Shown here one piece after another: positions 39,058-52,330 of a stretch of DNA of 64,000 nt (positions are counted from its first letter, which is position 1; the number at the start of each line of letters is the position of its first letter). The DNA is taken from assembly GCA_951406725.2 (NCBI GenBank), contig OX597814.1, positions 99,200,001-99,264,000 on the forward strand, read 5' to 3'. The notes beneath the pieces were generated by a model. That model was not told the DNA's origin and did not search any database. It saw nothing but the letters and a program-made list of their open reading frames with translations. The stretch comes from Octopus vulgaris. Its lineage: Eukaryota. The position numbers and the translations under genes were made by a program.

Positions 39058-41173
39058 GGTATGCTATAATTTGAGAAAGTATAAATTGCTATTACTAGCA
39101 GGCAAAACGGTCACATGGACACCCAATATCCGCTAGTTTCTCTTCATGTTGCAGCAGATTCTATTGACGTTCTTGGGTGGGGTGGGGGTATGTACTCCTA
39201 ATACCTTTGCAAGAAATGTAGGTGCTCTTACATCCATTTTCTCTCCCATTACATTTGAGCTTATTGTTTATAGTTCGTAATTTCAAAGTACCTGGTTAGT
39301 GGTGTAGTTTTTTATTTGGAATTCATAATTTTTTTTTATTTTGATATTAATGTTAATAAGATTAATGAGTTTGAGTAGGATAAAATCTCTGAAGCAGTTG
39401 GGATTTTGTACTTGTAGCATTTAGAGGATACGCTTGTAGAACTTTCTCTACCTCCACCTTTCTCTTTCATTGCTAGGAAATCGTTTGCATTTCAAGCTCC
39501 TTTCTTTTGGGTTTTAAGGATGATTTTTTTTTTTATTTTACCCTTTCAATCATTGATTTATTATTTTTAGAATACGTCTCCTTTCTTACTTTCATATTAA
39601 TCTGTCGGACGTGATTTTATTCTTTCTTCTCGGAGTCACCTCCTTCCCAGGTCTGGCTAATCCGAGACCCTTCTTGGAAGCTTTACTTCTTTTCCCTCCT
39701 TACACCGTTTAGAAATTCGCAACGGCTTTTGTTTCCAAATTGACAGACGAGATATCAGTACATGGTGGTAAGCAAGCTTTCAAATCTTACAGAAGCACTC
39801 CTCGTTGTTATTCTGAGATGTAATAGAAAAAGAGACAGTTGCTCTATCTGCCATTACACGTATATTCTTTTGTCTGATGTCATTCAGTTAGATTTCACCA
39901 TTAATATTGCTGTTGAGATATCCACAGTAGCTGTTGACAGCCGTTTTTCTCCTGTTACTCTTGCTGTTTCTTTTCCACCTATCAATGGCCGTGGCAGAAT
40001 TGGTTGAGGCTTTTGCTGATTTTCATGTTCTTATGGTTGTAATAGAGGTGTTGGAAATCTAGGCGCGGGTTGGCTTTTAATTGTTGTTTTGTCATTTCAG
40101 TAGATGAGTGGACAATTTCAGAAAGCTTATATTGCATACATGAATCAACCAGTCTTCCTTCCCTCTCTAACGCTCCTCATATTTCTTCTTTTGTTTTTCT
40201 CACGTACCATAAACACGTCTGCTGGTTACGAAATTACTATACGTAATTAACACCGGATCCATTTACTTTAGAGTATGTTTTCTATTTTACAACTTTGGTC
40301 ACCACCATTGGAGGGCTCACATACAGTAATATATCTATTCTCACCGCATCAAAACACTGACGTCTAAATAGAGTGGGACCAGCATGGACGCTTCAGAGAC
40401 GCATAGCATTCTCGAATATAATATATTACCTCCACTATAGTATGCTTTCTCTTTGTGAACAACAAAACGATATTTCCCTCATCAACATATGTTTCATGTA
40501 ATTTTCTGCGTGGGAAAGGATAGTGCTTTCCATTCTCTCCGAACTTCCTCGAAAGTACTGCTAGGTATCTGACTCTCTTTGCAGTCACTGTACTTTCTCT
40601 TCTATTAATGATCTTTCAACTGCCTGTGATATTTATTTGGAGATTGGGTGGTGGTACATTGTATACTTTCTTGCTCTTGTTCTAGGTCTAAAATCCTGTT
40701 TAATACCATGAAGTTCCAAAAAAAAAAAAACCTAGCTCCTGGCACTGTTATTGCTGTCAGCGTATATTGTTCTTGTTAATAATAATGTTGTCATCAATGC
40801 TATTATTGCTACTGTTTTATTACTACTTTTGACGGGTGTTTACCGCATTGTTAGCTTGAGGGTTCTTAAAATTATCGCTCTTAATGTTATTTTATTGTTT
40901 AACCCTAGGTCAGTCCTGGTCAAGCTGGCTTATAATAAAAATTATTCCAGCCATGACCATTCTACTTTTACATTGACAGTCGGCAACTACGACCACTTTA
41001 TCCACTGTGTCCTTTCTCCTGAGAAAGAAAGCAATAAATGAAAGACTACTGAATAATCATAATCGTTTTGATATTTGCCACAAGGCTGAGAGACGAGATA
41101 ACTTTATAAGGAAATTTTAAAAGAAGACTAGTCCATAATTGTAATATTTTAATTGTGCACCACAGTTTTCGTC

Positions 41174-41241
<68 letters not shown>

Positions 41242-41300
41242 TGATGATGATGATGATGATAATTATGATGATGATTATGATGATGATGATGATAATGATG

Positions 41301-41374
<74 letters not shown>
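41174..41374. repeat. (AAT)n/(GAT)n microsatellite
   Basis: Directly visible. Confidence 0.98.
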
Positions 41375-42145
41375 CAATACTGCACTAAACTAAACGCAAA
41401 AGAAATAGACAAAGAAAAATCCCAGCAATGGTTGAGAAGCTCAGGATTCAAAGCAGAAACAGATTTTTAATTGCAGCACAAGACCAAAGCCTCCCCACCA
41501 GAAATTACCAAAAACATGTAATGAAAAGAAATATTACAAGTAACTGCAGAATATGTGGAGATGGACAAGAAACAATAAATCATATTATCTCTAGCTGCCC
41601 AGTCCTGGCTAAGAGAATATAACAGATATGACAGAGTTGGAACCTACATACTAGCTATGCCAACATTTAACAACAGAAAAAAGATGGTATAGGACACACC
41701 AGAAAAGGTCACAGAAAACTAACATATTCTGAATATGCTACACGCCAACAGACCAGATATAGTTGTCAGAGATCATGAAGAAAAAAATAATTGATGTATC
41801 AATACCGGCAGATGACAATAAAAGAAATGGAGAAACTCTCAAAATACAAAGACCTGGAAATAGAGGTAACTAGAATGTGGAACCTGAAAACAGAAACAAT
41901 TCCTATCATAGTAGGTGCATTAGGCATGATAAAAAAATATTCAGACAAATACATAACAAAAACACCAGGACTTACAAACACATATAACATACAGAAAATT
42001 GCACTACTAACTGCACACATCCTACGCAGAACACTTTCCATACAATAACCATCAGAGCATCACAACAAATCACAGCACATACCCAAGGCACACAGAGCTG
42101 CGGTCGGTAGTGAAATGAAAGCACGCTATAAAAATAAAACTACTG
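41375..42145 (+). mobile_element. 5'-truncated R4/Dong-like RLE non-LTR retrotransposon in (AAT)n
   Basis: LIAAQDQSLPTRNY, CCHC knuckle CRICGDGQETINHIISSC, ANRPDIVV..LIDVS..EKLSKYKDL (PD-(D/E)xK), IPIIVGALG, short 3' UTR, AAT repeats on both sides. Confidence 0.92.
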
Positions 42146-42171
42146 AATAATAATAATAATAATAATAATAA

Positions 42172-42360
42172 TTTCTACTATATGCACACGCTCTGAGATT
42201 TGGGAGAGGGATAATCGATTACGTAGACCTCAGTATCAACTGGGACTTTTTTTCGACCCCGAAACAAGGAAAGACAAAATCAACCTTGGCAGAATTTGAA
42301 CTCAGAATGTGAAGACAAACGATATAATGAAATAATAATAACGATTCTGCTAGCTCGCCG
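42172..42360 (-). mobile_element. SINE family B, diverged copy
   Basis: CGACCCCGAAA...GAATTTGAACTCAGAA...ACGATTCTGCTAGCTCGCC. Confidence 0.75.
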
Positions 42361-42362
<2 letters not shown>

Positions 42363-42434
<72 letters not shown>

Positions 42435-42436
42435 GC

Positions 42437-42528
<92 letters not shown>
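42363..42528. repeat. (AAT)n microsatellite
   Basis: Directly visible. Confidence 0.98.
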
Positions 42529-42530
<2 letters not shown>

Positions 42531-43100
42531 GTTTCAAATTTTGCCACAAGGGTAGCAGTTTTGGCGCTCGAATAATAAACATTATTATACGATACTTTAC
42601 TAGCAGTAGCACAACAAACGCACATTAAGAATAACAACAAGCACAGCAACAATTTTTTCTTGTCAGTATTTCTTAGTCCACATCTGGAAACTATTGAAAT
42701 GCAGAAACCAGAACAAAAAAAAAAGTGGGAAACAATGCTTTAAATGCACGACTAATTCCACTGTCTTTAGAATGCTCCATCGATCAAAGTCAGACGGTAT
42801 CAATGTTGTTCATATTCTGTATATATCTTCAGCAGCTTCACACTACAGTAATATATATTTCTTACTGTTTTAACAGAGTCGGCCAGTATAGATAAATACT
42901 GCAGCATCAGCAGGAGACTAAGAAACAACAGTGACAATAGCATCCGCCGAAAGACAGAGACGAGAGCAGCAGAAACCATCACAGTATCTTTCTTGAAATC
43001 TTTTCCTTATATTATGTGTGCACAAGAATGTATCTGTAGCTTTGTATGTGTGTGTGTGTGTTTGTTAGTTTGTGTTTGTGTGTGTGTGAGTGTGTTTGTT

Positions 43101-43162
<62 letters not shown>

Positions 43163-43334
43163 TGTATGAGTGCGTGATTGTGAAAACTGCAGTCTGTTGA
43201 ACATGCAGCCTGTGGAGAAAATGGTATGTGCATGAAATTTCCATTTTGTATTGTTTTATTTGTTTATGTTACTGGACTGCAGCCATACAGGAGCGTCATT
43301 CATCATCATTATCATTATTATTATTATAATTATA

Positions 43335-43403
<69 letters not shown>

Positions 43404-44063
43404 TTCTTTTGGATTATTAATCACTAGTATATTTCTTTTAGGTCGGAAATCTATTATTCGAACCGTTACGGGACATAAAAATAAACAGTGATTCTTTCAA
43501 CAGTGTCAATCAACAGATAGATATGAAGACACATATACAACTCACTCCCACATTTTCTCTCTCCCTGACACCCTCCCTATTTCCCTCTATCTGTTGTACA
43601 CACACACACACATACATACACACAGACACACAAACAAATATATATATAATTTCGAATAAGTTTGGCCACTCGGAATAAAGAATAGAAAGATAAGATGTAT
43701 CCCAAGACTTTTAGTTTTTCCATAAGCCGAAGAATAAGATGAAAGAGGATGTGGCAAGGGTTCTGGTCACCGTCACTTTGAAGGACCTCTATTGTGCATT
43801 CACGAAGAGGCTTAGAGCGCCTCAGCAAGCGCATTTAAATCAGAGCGTCCTAGTTTGAAGGAAATCAATGTCTTGTAGCCTATAAAATTCTCAAAACCTC
43901 TGGTTCTTGTAAATATGTATGTATATCTATATACTTATTCACACACACACACATATGTCTATATGTGCGTGTGTGTTGCTACATATATGCACAGATATGC
44001 ACACACACGAACATAAATGGGTTTATCTATGTTTACATACAAACATACATATATAAATATATA

Positions 44064-44448
<385 letters not shown>

Positions 44449-44630
44449 CACACACACATATATATATGTATGTGTGTGTGTGTGTGTGTACACTATATTC
44501 TTCTCTAAATAATGTATAGTTTATTGACTAGATTTTTTCCTTCTCGCTAGACCACTGGTAGCTAAGAATTTTTTCGATAAATATTCTTGCTACCCTAAGA
44601 TTTTAATTATAGATTATATATATATATATA

Positions 44631-44634
44631 GTGG

Positions 44635-44673
<39 letters not shown>

Positions 44674-44714
44674 GGCCGATATATATATATTTGGTAGACG
44701 GAAACTGAAAGAAG

Positions 44715-44773
<59 letters not shown>

Positions 44774-45003
44774 ATATGTTTGTGTGTGTTTGTACCTCTA
44801 GCATTGCTTGACAACCGATGATGGTGTGTTTACGTCCCCGTCACTTAGCGATTCGGCCAAAGAGACCGATAGAATAAGTACTGGGCTTACAAAGAATAAG
44901 TTCCTGGGGTCGATTTGCTTGACTAAAGGCGGTGCTTCAGCATGGCCGCAGTCAAAATGACTGAAACAAGTAAAAGAGTAAAAGAGTAAAAGAGTAAAAG
45001 AGT
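44631..45003 (+). mobile_element. SINE family A with fragmented head
   Basis: Intact 3' half with (AGTAAAAG)n tail; the head survives only as short pieces between (TA)n runs. Confidence 0.88.
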
Positions 45004-45179
45004 ATATATGCTCAAAATGACTCATCGCTTTAGGTATACATTCTCAATGTATGAAATGATGGTGAGATCTAACGAAGGACTAACGATTACACATTTTACT
45101 AATATACTACGGGTCTAAGTAATCTGTGGAAATACTTATACTTTTAAATAAAGAATGATGTTTATTCTATTTTCTATCA

Positions 45180-45259
<80 letters not shown>

Positions 45260-45279
45260 CGTCTGTATGTCTTGTCTAG

Positions 45280-45332
<53 letters not shown>

Positions 45333-45386
45333 TATACAACACACACACACACACACACACATACACACACACACACAAACTCACAC

Positions 45387-46088
45387 ACAGGATGCGTTTA
45401 ATAAGTATCAGACTTTATTCTTTTCCTGCCAAAAACTAATGTGTTTTGGGCGAAATCGTTCGGATGTGTGGTGACGCCACCCTTCCTGGCAAAAGCAAAA
45501 AATTCCGCGTCGGTACGCCGCGTCATCTCCCGGCTGCTACGCTATCACGTATATTACGCTAATATATATATACGCTAAGACTTGTATTGCGCACCTGTCG
45601 AGTTTTCGTTTTCACACAAGACGACAGAACGCATCGTACATAATTCATCCCCAGTGATGATGGGGCTTCATGAAGGATGGCTCGTGGTTTGCACAGTGTA
45701 GCATGTTCTGCGTGATTTCCATACGGAGTTACTTCAGCTAATCTGTCACCACTTTGGGGACGAATTTCGCCCTCAACTCTCTGCACACACATCCTCCTTT
45801 AGAATGGAATGCACTAATACTGTGCTTATTCCCACTCCGTGAGCAAAATTCTGGATTGTTACATGACGGTAACAATTCCTAGACTATTCACCGAACCTTT
45901 TCAATCGGCTCCTCATTCTGGATTTTGAATGTCTTGCCTGAGCGTGCCTCCTTCTCCACTGTTTGAAGTACTTGTACCACTCCTTGATCTGAGTTTGCCT
46001 GTAGCATCATCACCAAAGGCTTGCTGAAACTTCCGAATGGCTTAAGCTTGAGTATCACAAAGCTTGTGACAATATTGATGTAATATCT
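45387..46088. mobile_element. Mariner remnant with internal inversion
   Basis: Plus strand: TIR-like CAGGATGCGTTTAATAAGT and ..TERI; minus strand: RYYI..CHKLCDTQA*AIRKFQQAFGDDA..QIKEWYKYF, AKFVPK, IITGDE. Confidence 0.7.
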
Positions 46089-46285
46089 ATTTCTTTACTA
46101 CCCTCAAGGGGCTAAACATAGAGGGGACAAACAAGGACAGACAAAGGGATTAAATCGATTACATCGACCCCAGTGCGAAACTGGTACTTTATTTATCGAC
46201 CTCGAAAGGATGAAAGGAAAAGTCGACCTCGGCGGAATTTGAACTCAGAACGTAACGCTAGGCAAAATACCGCTAAGCATTTCGC
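46087..46285 (-). mobile_element. SINE family B, head-truncated
   Basis: Reverse complement matches 10260-10458. Confidence 0.88.
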
Positions 46286-47153
46286 GAGAAGAATGGTATC
46301 ATCTCTCACCCGAAAGATTTTGCTCACGCGGGAAAGTATAAAGTCGGTTACTATTTCAATGCCCTTCTTATGTATACATGTATGTATGTCTGCGGTTGTG
46401 CCATCGCAAGTATCCATAATATGCTTTTGCGTGCGTGTACAATGCATGAAAATGGGGTGTGATTCGCCTATGAGTGATGTAACATATTGAGGTTATTTTA
46501 AAATAATTCTCATTTGTCTTGACACCAACCTATCAACCAGCCAACCAACCAAGCTACGAAACAACGTCGCAATCTTATTTCTGTTCAGGCTAGTGTGAAT
46601 CATGAAAAGCATTGAATAAGTAAGTGCATCAATATATCTTGCATCCAGGTGAGCAGCGCCTTTTTCAAATTAGTTACAGTCCTTTTGTAAGGGTAACTAG
46701 CATTTCTGTGATAATTAATTACATGTGGATACATTGTTTAAGCCGCAATGAAAGTTCACTGGACAAAACAATCCTGAATCGCCAAGCCTGTGTTGACATT
46801 GAAGGATGGGATCTAGGCATGTTCTCGTAATGTATGTTAGCACCAGTGGTTCCCTAACCATTATATATTACACTTCAGCGGGGAGGGCCATGTGGGAGCA
46901 AAAAAATAAAAAAGAAACAATAAATCAAAAGAAAGAATAAACCACTAGAAGAGTTTTTATTATATTATTATCTTCTATGTTATTTTATTTGTTTATTTGG
47001 TGTTGGTTTTTAACCAGAAACACATGTCGACATCAATCCACCCTACTCTTAAAATGCAACCGATATAAAGATACAATATATATCATTAATAAACATATGA
47101 CGCAATAAAAATAAAGATTAAATAAAGCATGTTGTTCTGCTTTGCTGTTGTTG

Positions 47154-47207
<54 letters not shown>

Positions 47208-47211
47208 ATAC

Positions 47212-47244
<33 letters not shown>

Positions 47245-47868
47245 GACGACGACTACTACTACTGATAATAATTATTTCATTTATTGGCCACTAGGGAGGA
47301 CATACAGGGGACAATACAGTAAACGGGACAATGGTGGGGGGGGGTTACACAAAACAAGGACTAAACAATTAGGAAAACAATAAAAATAAACATTAAACAA
47401 GTAAAATATGACAATGAGACTTCCCCACTAGCGAGGATGACTACCCAGTTTTGGCTCAGGTACCCCACTAATCCTGAACCATCCGATGCTTCGAGCAAGA
47501 TTAATGATAATAATAATACTAATAATAACAGCAACAGCAATAGACAGTAATCACTGTGGGTGGGGCCGAGTAGGTATTATTAAACGAAAGAAATGATTAG
47601 AGAGAGTTATGATATTATCACCACGATAAAAATGTGAATGACCATACTAGAAGCTGGACCACAATGTTGGTATCCATGGTGGTGTGATGATTTAACGCTC
47701 TTTTCTTCCTCCCCCTCCTCTTCCTCCTTATCCTCCTCCTCCTCATCATCATCGTCGTCAACATCATCATCTTTGCAATCAGAGACTGGTGACACAGATG
47801 ACGGTATGATGGAGGTATAACACAAGGGTAGAGACGAAAGAAGCAAAAGACAAAACAAAAACAACTCA

Positions 47869-47884
47869 GTGGCAGGTGGCGCTA
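47869..47884 (+). promoter_or_regulatory. Candidate CTCF site
   Basis: GTGGCAGGTGGCGCTA versus consensus CCRSYAGRKGGCRSYA; the first two positions mismatch. Confidence 0.35.
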
Positions 47885-50067
47885 AAGTATAACTGCGATG
47901 ATGACGTCGATGACCTCTGAGTATAAACAGTTCACCCTTTCGCTAAATTGATAAGTAATCAATCTGAAATCAATCAGATGAGTATGATAACTCCTTTAAC
48001 AATTCTACACAGTGATCATTTTGTCATAGTCACTTGCCATTCATTGGATGAATAAATAAATAAATAAATAAAATAAAATAAAAATAAACGAAGCTACACC
48101 CTTTCTCTAGCTACCCGATTCCCGATTAGCCTTCATTTCCTGCCCTCTTTTTAGGTTGTATCTTCCATTCTCGGGGTTTTTTTTGTAGGGAGGGGGTTGC
48201 TTCTTTTCCCCTTTTTTTCTTTTTACTTATTTTCATTTATCTTTGCTTAACAACACCCTGGAACAACAAAACAACAACAACAACAAAAATGGCAACTGCC
48301 ACAATAGTGACAACGACGAAACGACTGCCACTGGCACTACTATCAGCTCCACCGCCACCACCACTACCGATAACAACAATAACAACAACAGCATTAGCAT
48401 TAAGGGTAACAATAGCAACAACAACTAATCCAACAACAATATGACTTGGGTGACTTTTCTAGATGCTCTTGTAACTTCTTTCGTTTTTTTTTTTCTTTTG
48501 TCTCCTTGTTAGCACAATAAAGGACAGCCGCCTACTCAGCCAAACACCCGAACACTGATCTGCCTCTACCAGTATGTGTACTGATCTTTTTTATCCCCCC
48601 TACCTAACGACAGTAACAAAAAATGTATATATATATATATAAAAAAATATGGAAAAAATATATATATATATAAAATAAATAAGATTAAGTAGGAGATAGT
48701 TGTAGTGTGAGGTGGGCTAGAAGACAAAGGCGGGGAAGAAATAGGCAAATAAAATAAACAAATAAAAATTACTTAACAACACAAAAACAAAAATAAAAGA
48801 ACAAAAGACAAAACATTTTAATAAAAAAAACAGAAGATATATAAAAAAAGAAGCCACTAAGAAATAAATGAACAAAAAATAAGAAAAATAAATAGAAATA
48901 GAAATAACAATAAAAGAAAAAGAAATGGGCGGTTTGTTTCATTCTTCTTAACGGTCTGCCGAATTTATGGCCTTGTTACCGTGTCATGGGTCACTCGGAG
49001 CACAATACACGTAAATTGAATAATTTTAACCACATCAGTTGACAAGTGAACGAAGTCTGCCACGCTAAGTTCACAGTAAATATGGCTCTTATGTTAGCAT
49101 CGCTTGTCTGTCGATTCCAACTGGTATAAGTTGATATACACAGATGTAATAAAAAAGATTTTGAAAAAAAAAAATGGTGATAAGAAACATCAAAAACAAA
49201 ATATGCTTAAACAAAGTTTGAAGAAGAAACGTGTGGATAAAACAAAACAAAACATGGGAGATTGTTAAGATACATAGTTAAACCCATCTTCGGTAGATTT
49301 CATTAACATAAGATGAGTATTAGTCTCATGACGCACGCACATACACATACACAAACACACAAACACACATAAAATACACACTTGTATAGGGAGAGAGAGA
49401 GAGAAAGAGATACATTCTTATATACATACATTCGCGTAAACATAAACAAATATACATGTACGAGTTTGTGTGTGTGTATACATCTATACATACGTTGGGT
49501 TTCCGCAGTCTTTCCATCGACGAAAATTTCACGCATGTAGCATTGTTAAATAAAAGTTTACGACAGAGGATAGCCGCCGTTTGTACCAGCTGTACAATCG
49601 AACTTTGAACAGCATGGTTGCAGAGTGAATTTCCTCGTCGTGAATTCCAGTTTTACTGTATCGAAGCCTAATTAATCAAGATTCCCTTTTTAACACAGTA
49701 GGGGAATTTTATTTCGAGTAGATCAAGCAATCACATAGGGCCTCTCACAATTAATTGTTTACGACAGGCGAACGTTGGATTAGGTATTCCAGTGTATATA
49801 ATACTGAAATTCACACTTCTGAGTTCACTACATAACCAAACAACGTTACTTTAGGTATTTTTAAAACTCCATTATTCTTGATAACTGAGTTAACCAGTCG
49901 GTGTATCTAATGAAAATATATATACTTTGTAAGTCTTCTCATCATTCCATCTTCTATCGACCAACAATTATTATGGATAGTTAAATAAATTATCTTCGAT
50001 AGTGAAAGAGTTATCTGGTTCATCACTAATATCCCTCCAATTCAAATAAATTTATATATATATAAAA

Positions 50068-50104
50068 CTATTGAAAAGGTTGCAAGATGCAACGAAAATT
50101 TTAG
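50068..50104 (+). ncRNA. Minimal type I hammerhead-like motif, U3-A8 variant, in a probable pLTR fragment (about 50060-50250)
   Basis: CTA-TTGAAAA-G-GTTGC(aagat)GCAAC-GAA-AATT-T-TAG; same layout as 22433-22483, but stem I is only 3 bp. Confidence 0.45.
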
Positions 50105-50247
50105 GAAAATAAAAATAAGTGGAAATTTTACCGGTGAGTGTGTTACATTATAAGGCACAAAAAGAAAATGACTCTCCCCAGACACAACAGAATATACTTC
50201 AACACACGAACTCATAAAGAATCTTGCAAACCAAATCCCAAAACGAT

Positions 50248-50313
<66 letters not shown>

Positions 50314-50474
50314 TTTAACTAGGATTAGATATCCTATTATCTTTTAGTGTCAAATTCGATTTGTTTTACATAAGTATTATGAAGATAATTGTTATTAGTA
50401 TTTTGATTAAAACGTTCACGCTTCAATCAAACACAAACTTCTCAAGTCAATGAATATGCAATCAACAATCTAAA

Positions 50475-50532
<58 letters not shown>

Positions 50533-50850
50533 ATATGTGTAAAAAAATACAAACTGGGACAAGAATGCAAAACATTTAGAAGACGATACAAAAATTACGG
50601 ACGGGATATTCGAAGCCTTCAATCTTCAGTCAAGAACCACACGCGCGCGCGTGAGTGTGTGTGATCCCTCTAGTCTGAAAAGCTGCTAACATACCTGGAC
50701 GAATATAATTCACAAAATCATAAACTGAATGTGTTAATGCAACATTTAAATATCACATTTTTAACTAATTTAGTGTTGAAAGACGGTCAAGCATTGAATT
50801 TGAAAATTGCCTTATCCTTATCTTCAGTCCTTAGTTCGTTTTGCCTTTTC

Positions 50851-51110
50851 CAGTGTTTCTCAACCATATTTTTTTTACCTATGGACCCCTTTGATTCCTA
50901 TTTTATTCGGATGCCCCCCCCCCATAACAAGTTGATGTTTAAAAAAATCATATTACATTTTAATAATTAAATATGATTAGGAATTGTAAAAAAAAATTGT
51001 TAAAATATTTTGTCATGTAGAAGTATAAACAGTTAACTGCAGATAAATTTTAACAACAAAATCTTATATGTGCGCCCAGGGGCCATTTGGATCCCGGTTG
51101 AGAACCACTG
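50851..51110. mobile_element. hAT (Charlie-like) MITE
   Basis: TIRs CAGTGTTTCTCAACC and GGTTGAGAACCACTG; imperfect 8-bp TSD GCCTTTTC/GCCTATTG. Confidence 0.88.
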
Positions 51111-52108
51111 GCCTATTGCATAAATTAATGTTGTTATAGACTGAATGAAGGAGAACTTGAAATTTTAGGAATGCTTGAACTTTTGTGACGTTTGAGTCGA
51201 AATAAACAAAGCAGATTTAGTAACATTTGAAGCTTGATGAGACTGGAGGCTCAGTTCAAATTTTTCTATGGTCAATTTGTGTATAATTTAAATGATATAG
51301 AAAGAATGTAATTATTATGGAATCAGTTTTGTCGCAGTGTTTTAATACAATATAAATTCATCAAAAATGAATGAGCAGAATTCTATTTTCTCATTAGAAG
51401 TCGGATAGGAATTCTTCCAACAATTCCATTTTTATAACGATATACATACAATAGGACAAATCTCAATTTGTTCAGATAATCTGCTATAAGAAAATCCTTA
51501 GAGTGACTGTGTAGTATTATTTGTAAGTAGTTGCTATCAAAGTCTAAGAATCAGTTATTTTTCGTACTAAAAATTAGTTTATAAAATTCTTATGATGTCA
51601 GCAATACGTGTGTGTGTCTGTATGGATGTATATAGGCTTATATGTATGTATATACGTGTGTGCATGTGTGTGTTCTTGTGCGCATGTGCGCGCCTGTGTG
51701 TGCGTGTGTGTGTGTGTATATGTGTGTGCGTATGTACATGCGCACACACACACATGCGCACGCACGCACGCGCGCGTGCACACACACATATACAAATATG
51801 TAATAGATTGAAGGCCTGTATTTAAATCACTGCTATTTTTTCGTTTTTCTTTTTATTTATAATTTTCTTACTGAGTAATTTTATTTATCGTATTCGTGAT
51901 GGTGGCTGTGCGTGATTTGAAAAGCAAAAATTTAATGAGTTATTCTTCGGTGGGATGAAAAATTAACAGCAATAAAAAATACAACCTTCCCTTTATTATT
52001 GCCCCCTAGGCCTAACCATTGAATTTGTTACAATAATGGTTTTGAAATGGGTGAGTATTTCCAAATATTTTAATATATATAAGAGGGCGGGTCAAAAGCA
52101 TTATATAA

Positions 52109-52330
52109 TCTATAATAATAAATGCGAAAGCGATTTTCAGTGTGTCAGTGTGTTACAGTTTTTCAACTTTACTCCTCTGACCCCCTATATCACTATTCAA
52201 TGACACTTATACTTTTTCTCATACTTTACCCCTCTCTCACTATTCAATAATTCTTATACTATTCTTCATTTTTGATTTTTATCTAGCATTTAAAAAAAAT
52301 TATTTCTCTAAATATTATAATTATTTCCAA
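52109..52330 (+). mobile_element. Possible Helitron 5' end
   Basis: A|TCTATAATAATAAATGCGAAAG start; 3' end not found. Confidence 0.35.

Noticed and set aside
39150-40720. Possible decayed LINE ORF1 on the minus strand (similar texture at 53300-54000)
   Set aside because: Coding-like composition but no motif identifiable with confidence; needs TBLASTX.
42877-42990. Possible exon after TTTCTTACTGTTTTAACAG
   Set aside because: Open frame but unrecognisable peptide and no convincing donor site.
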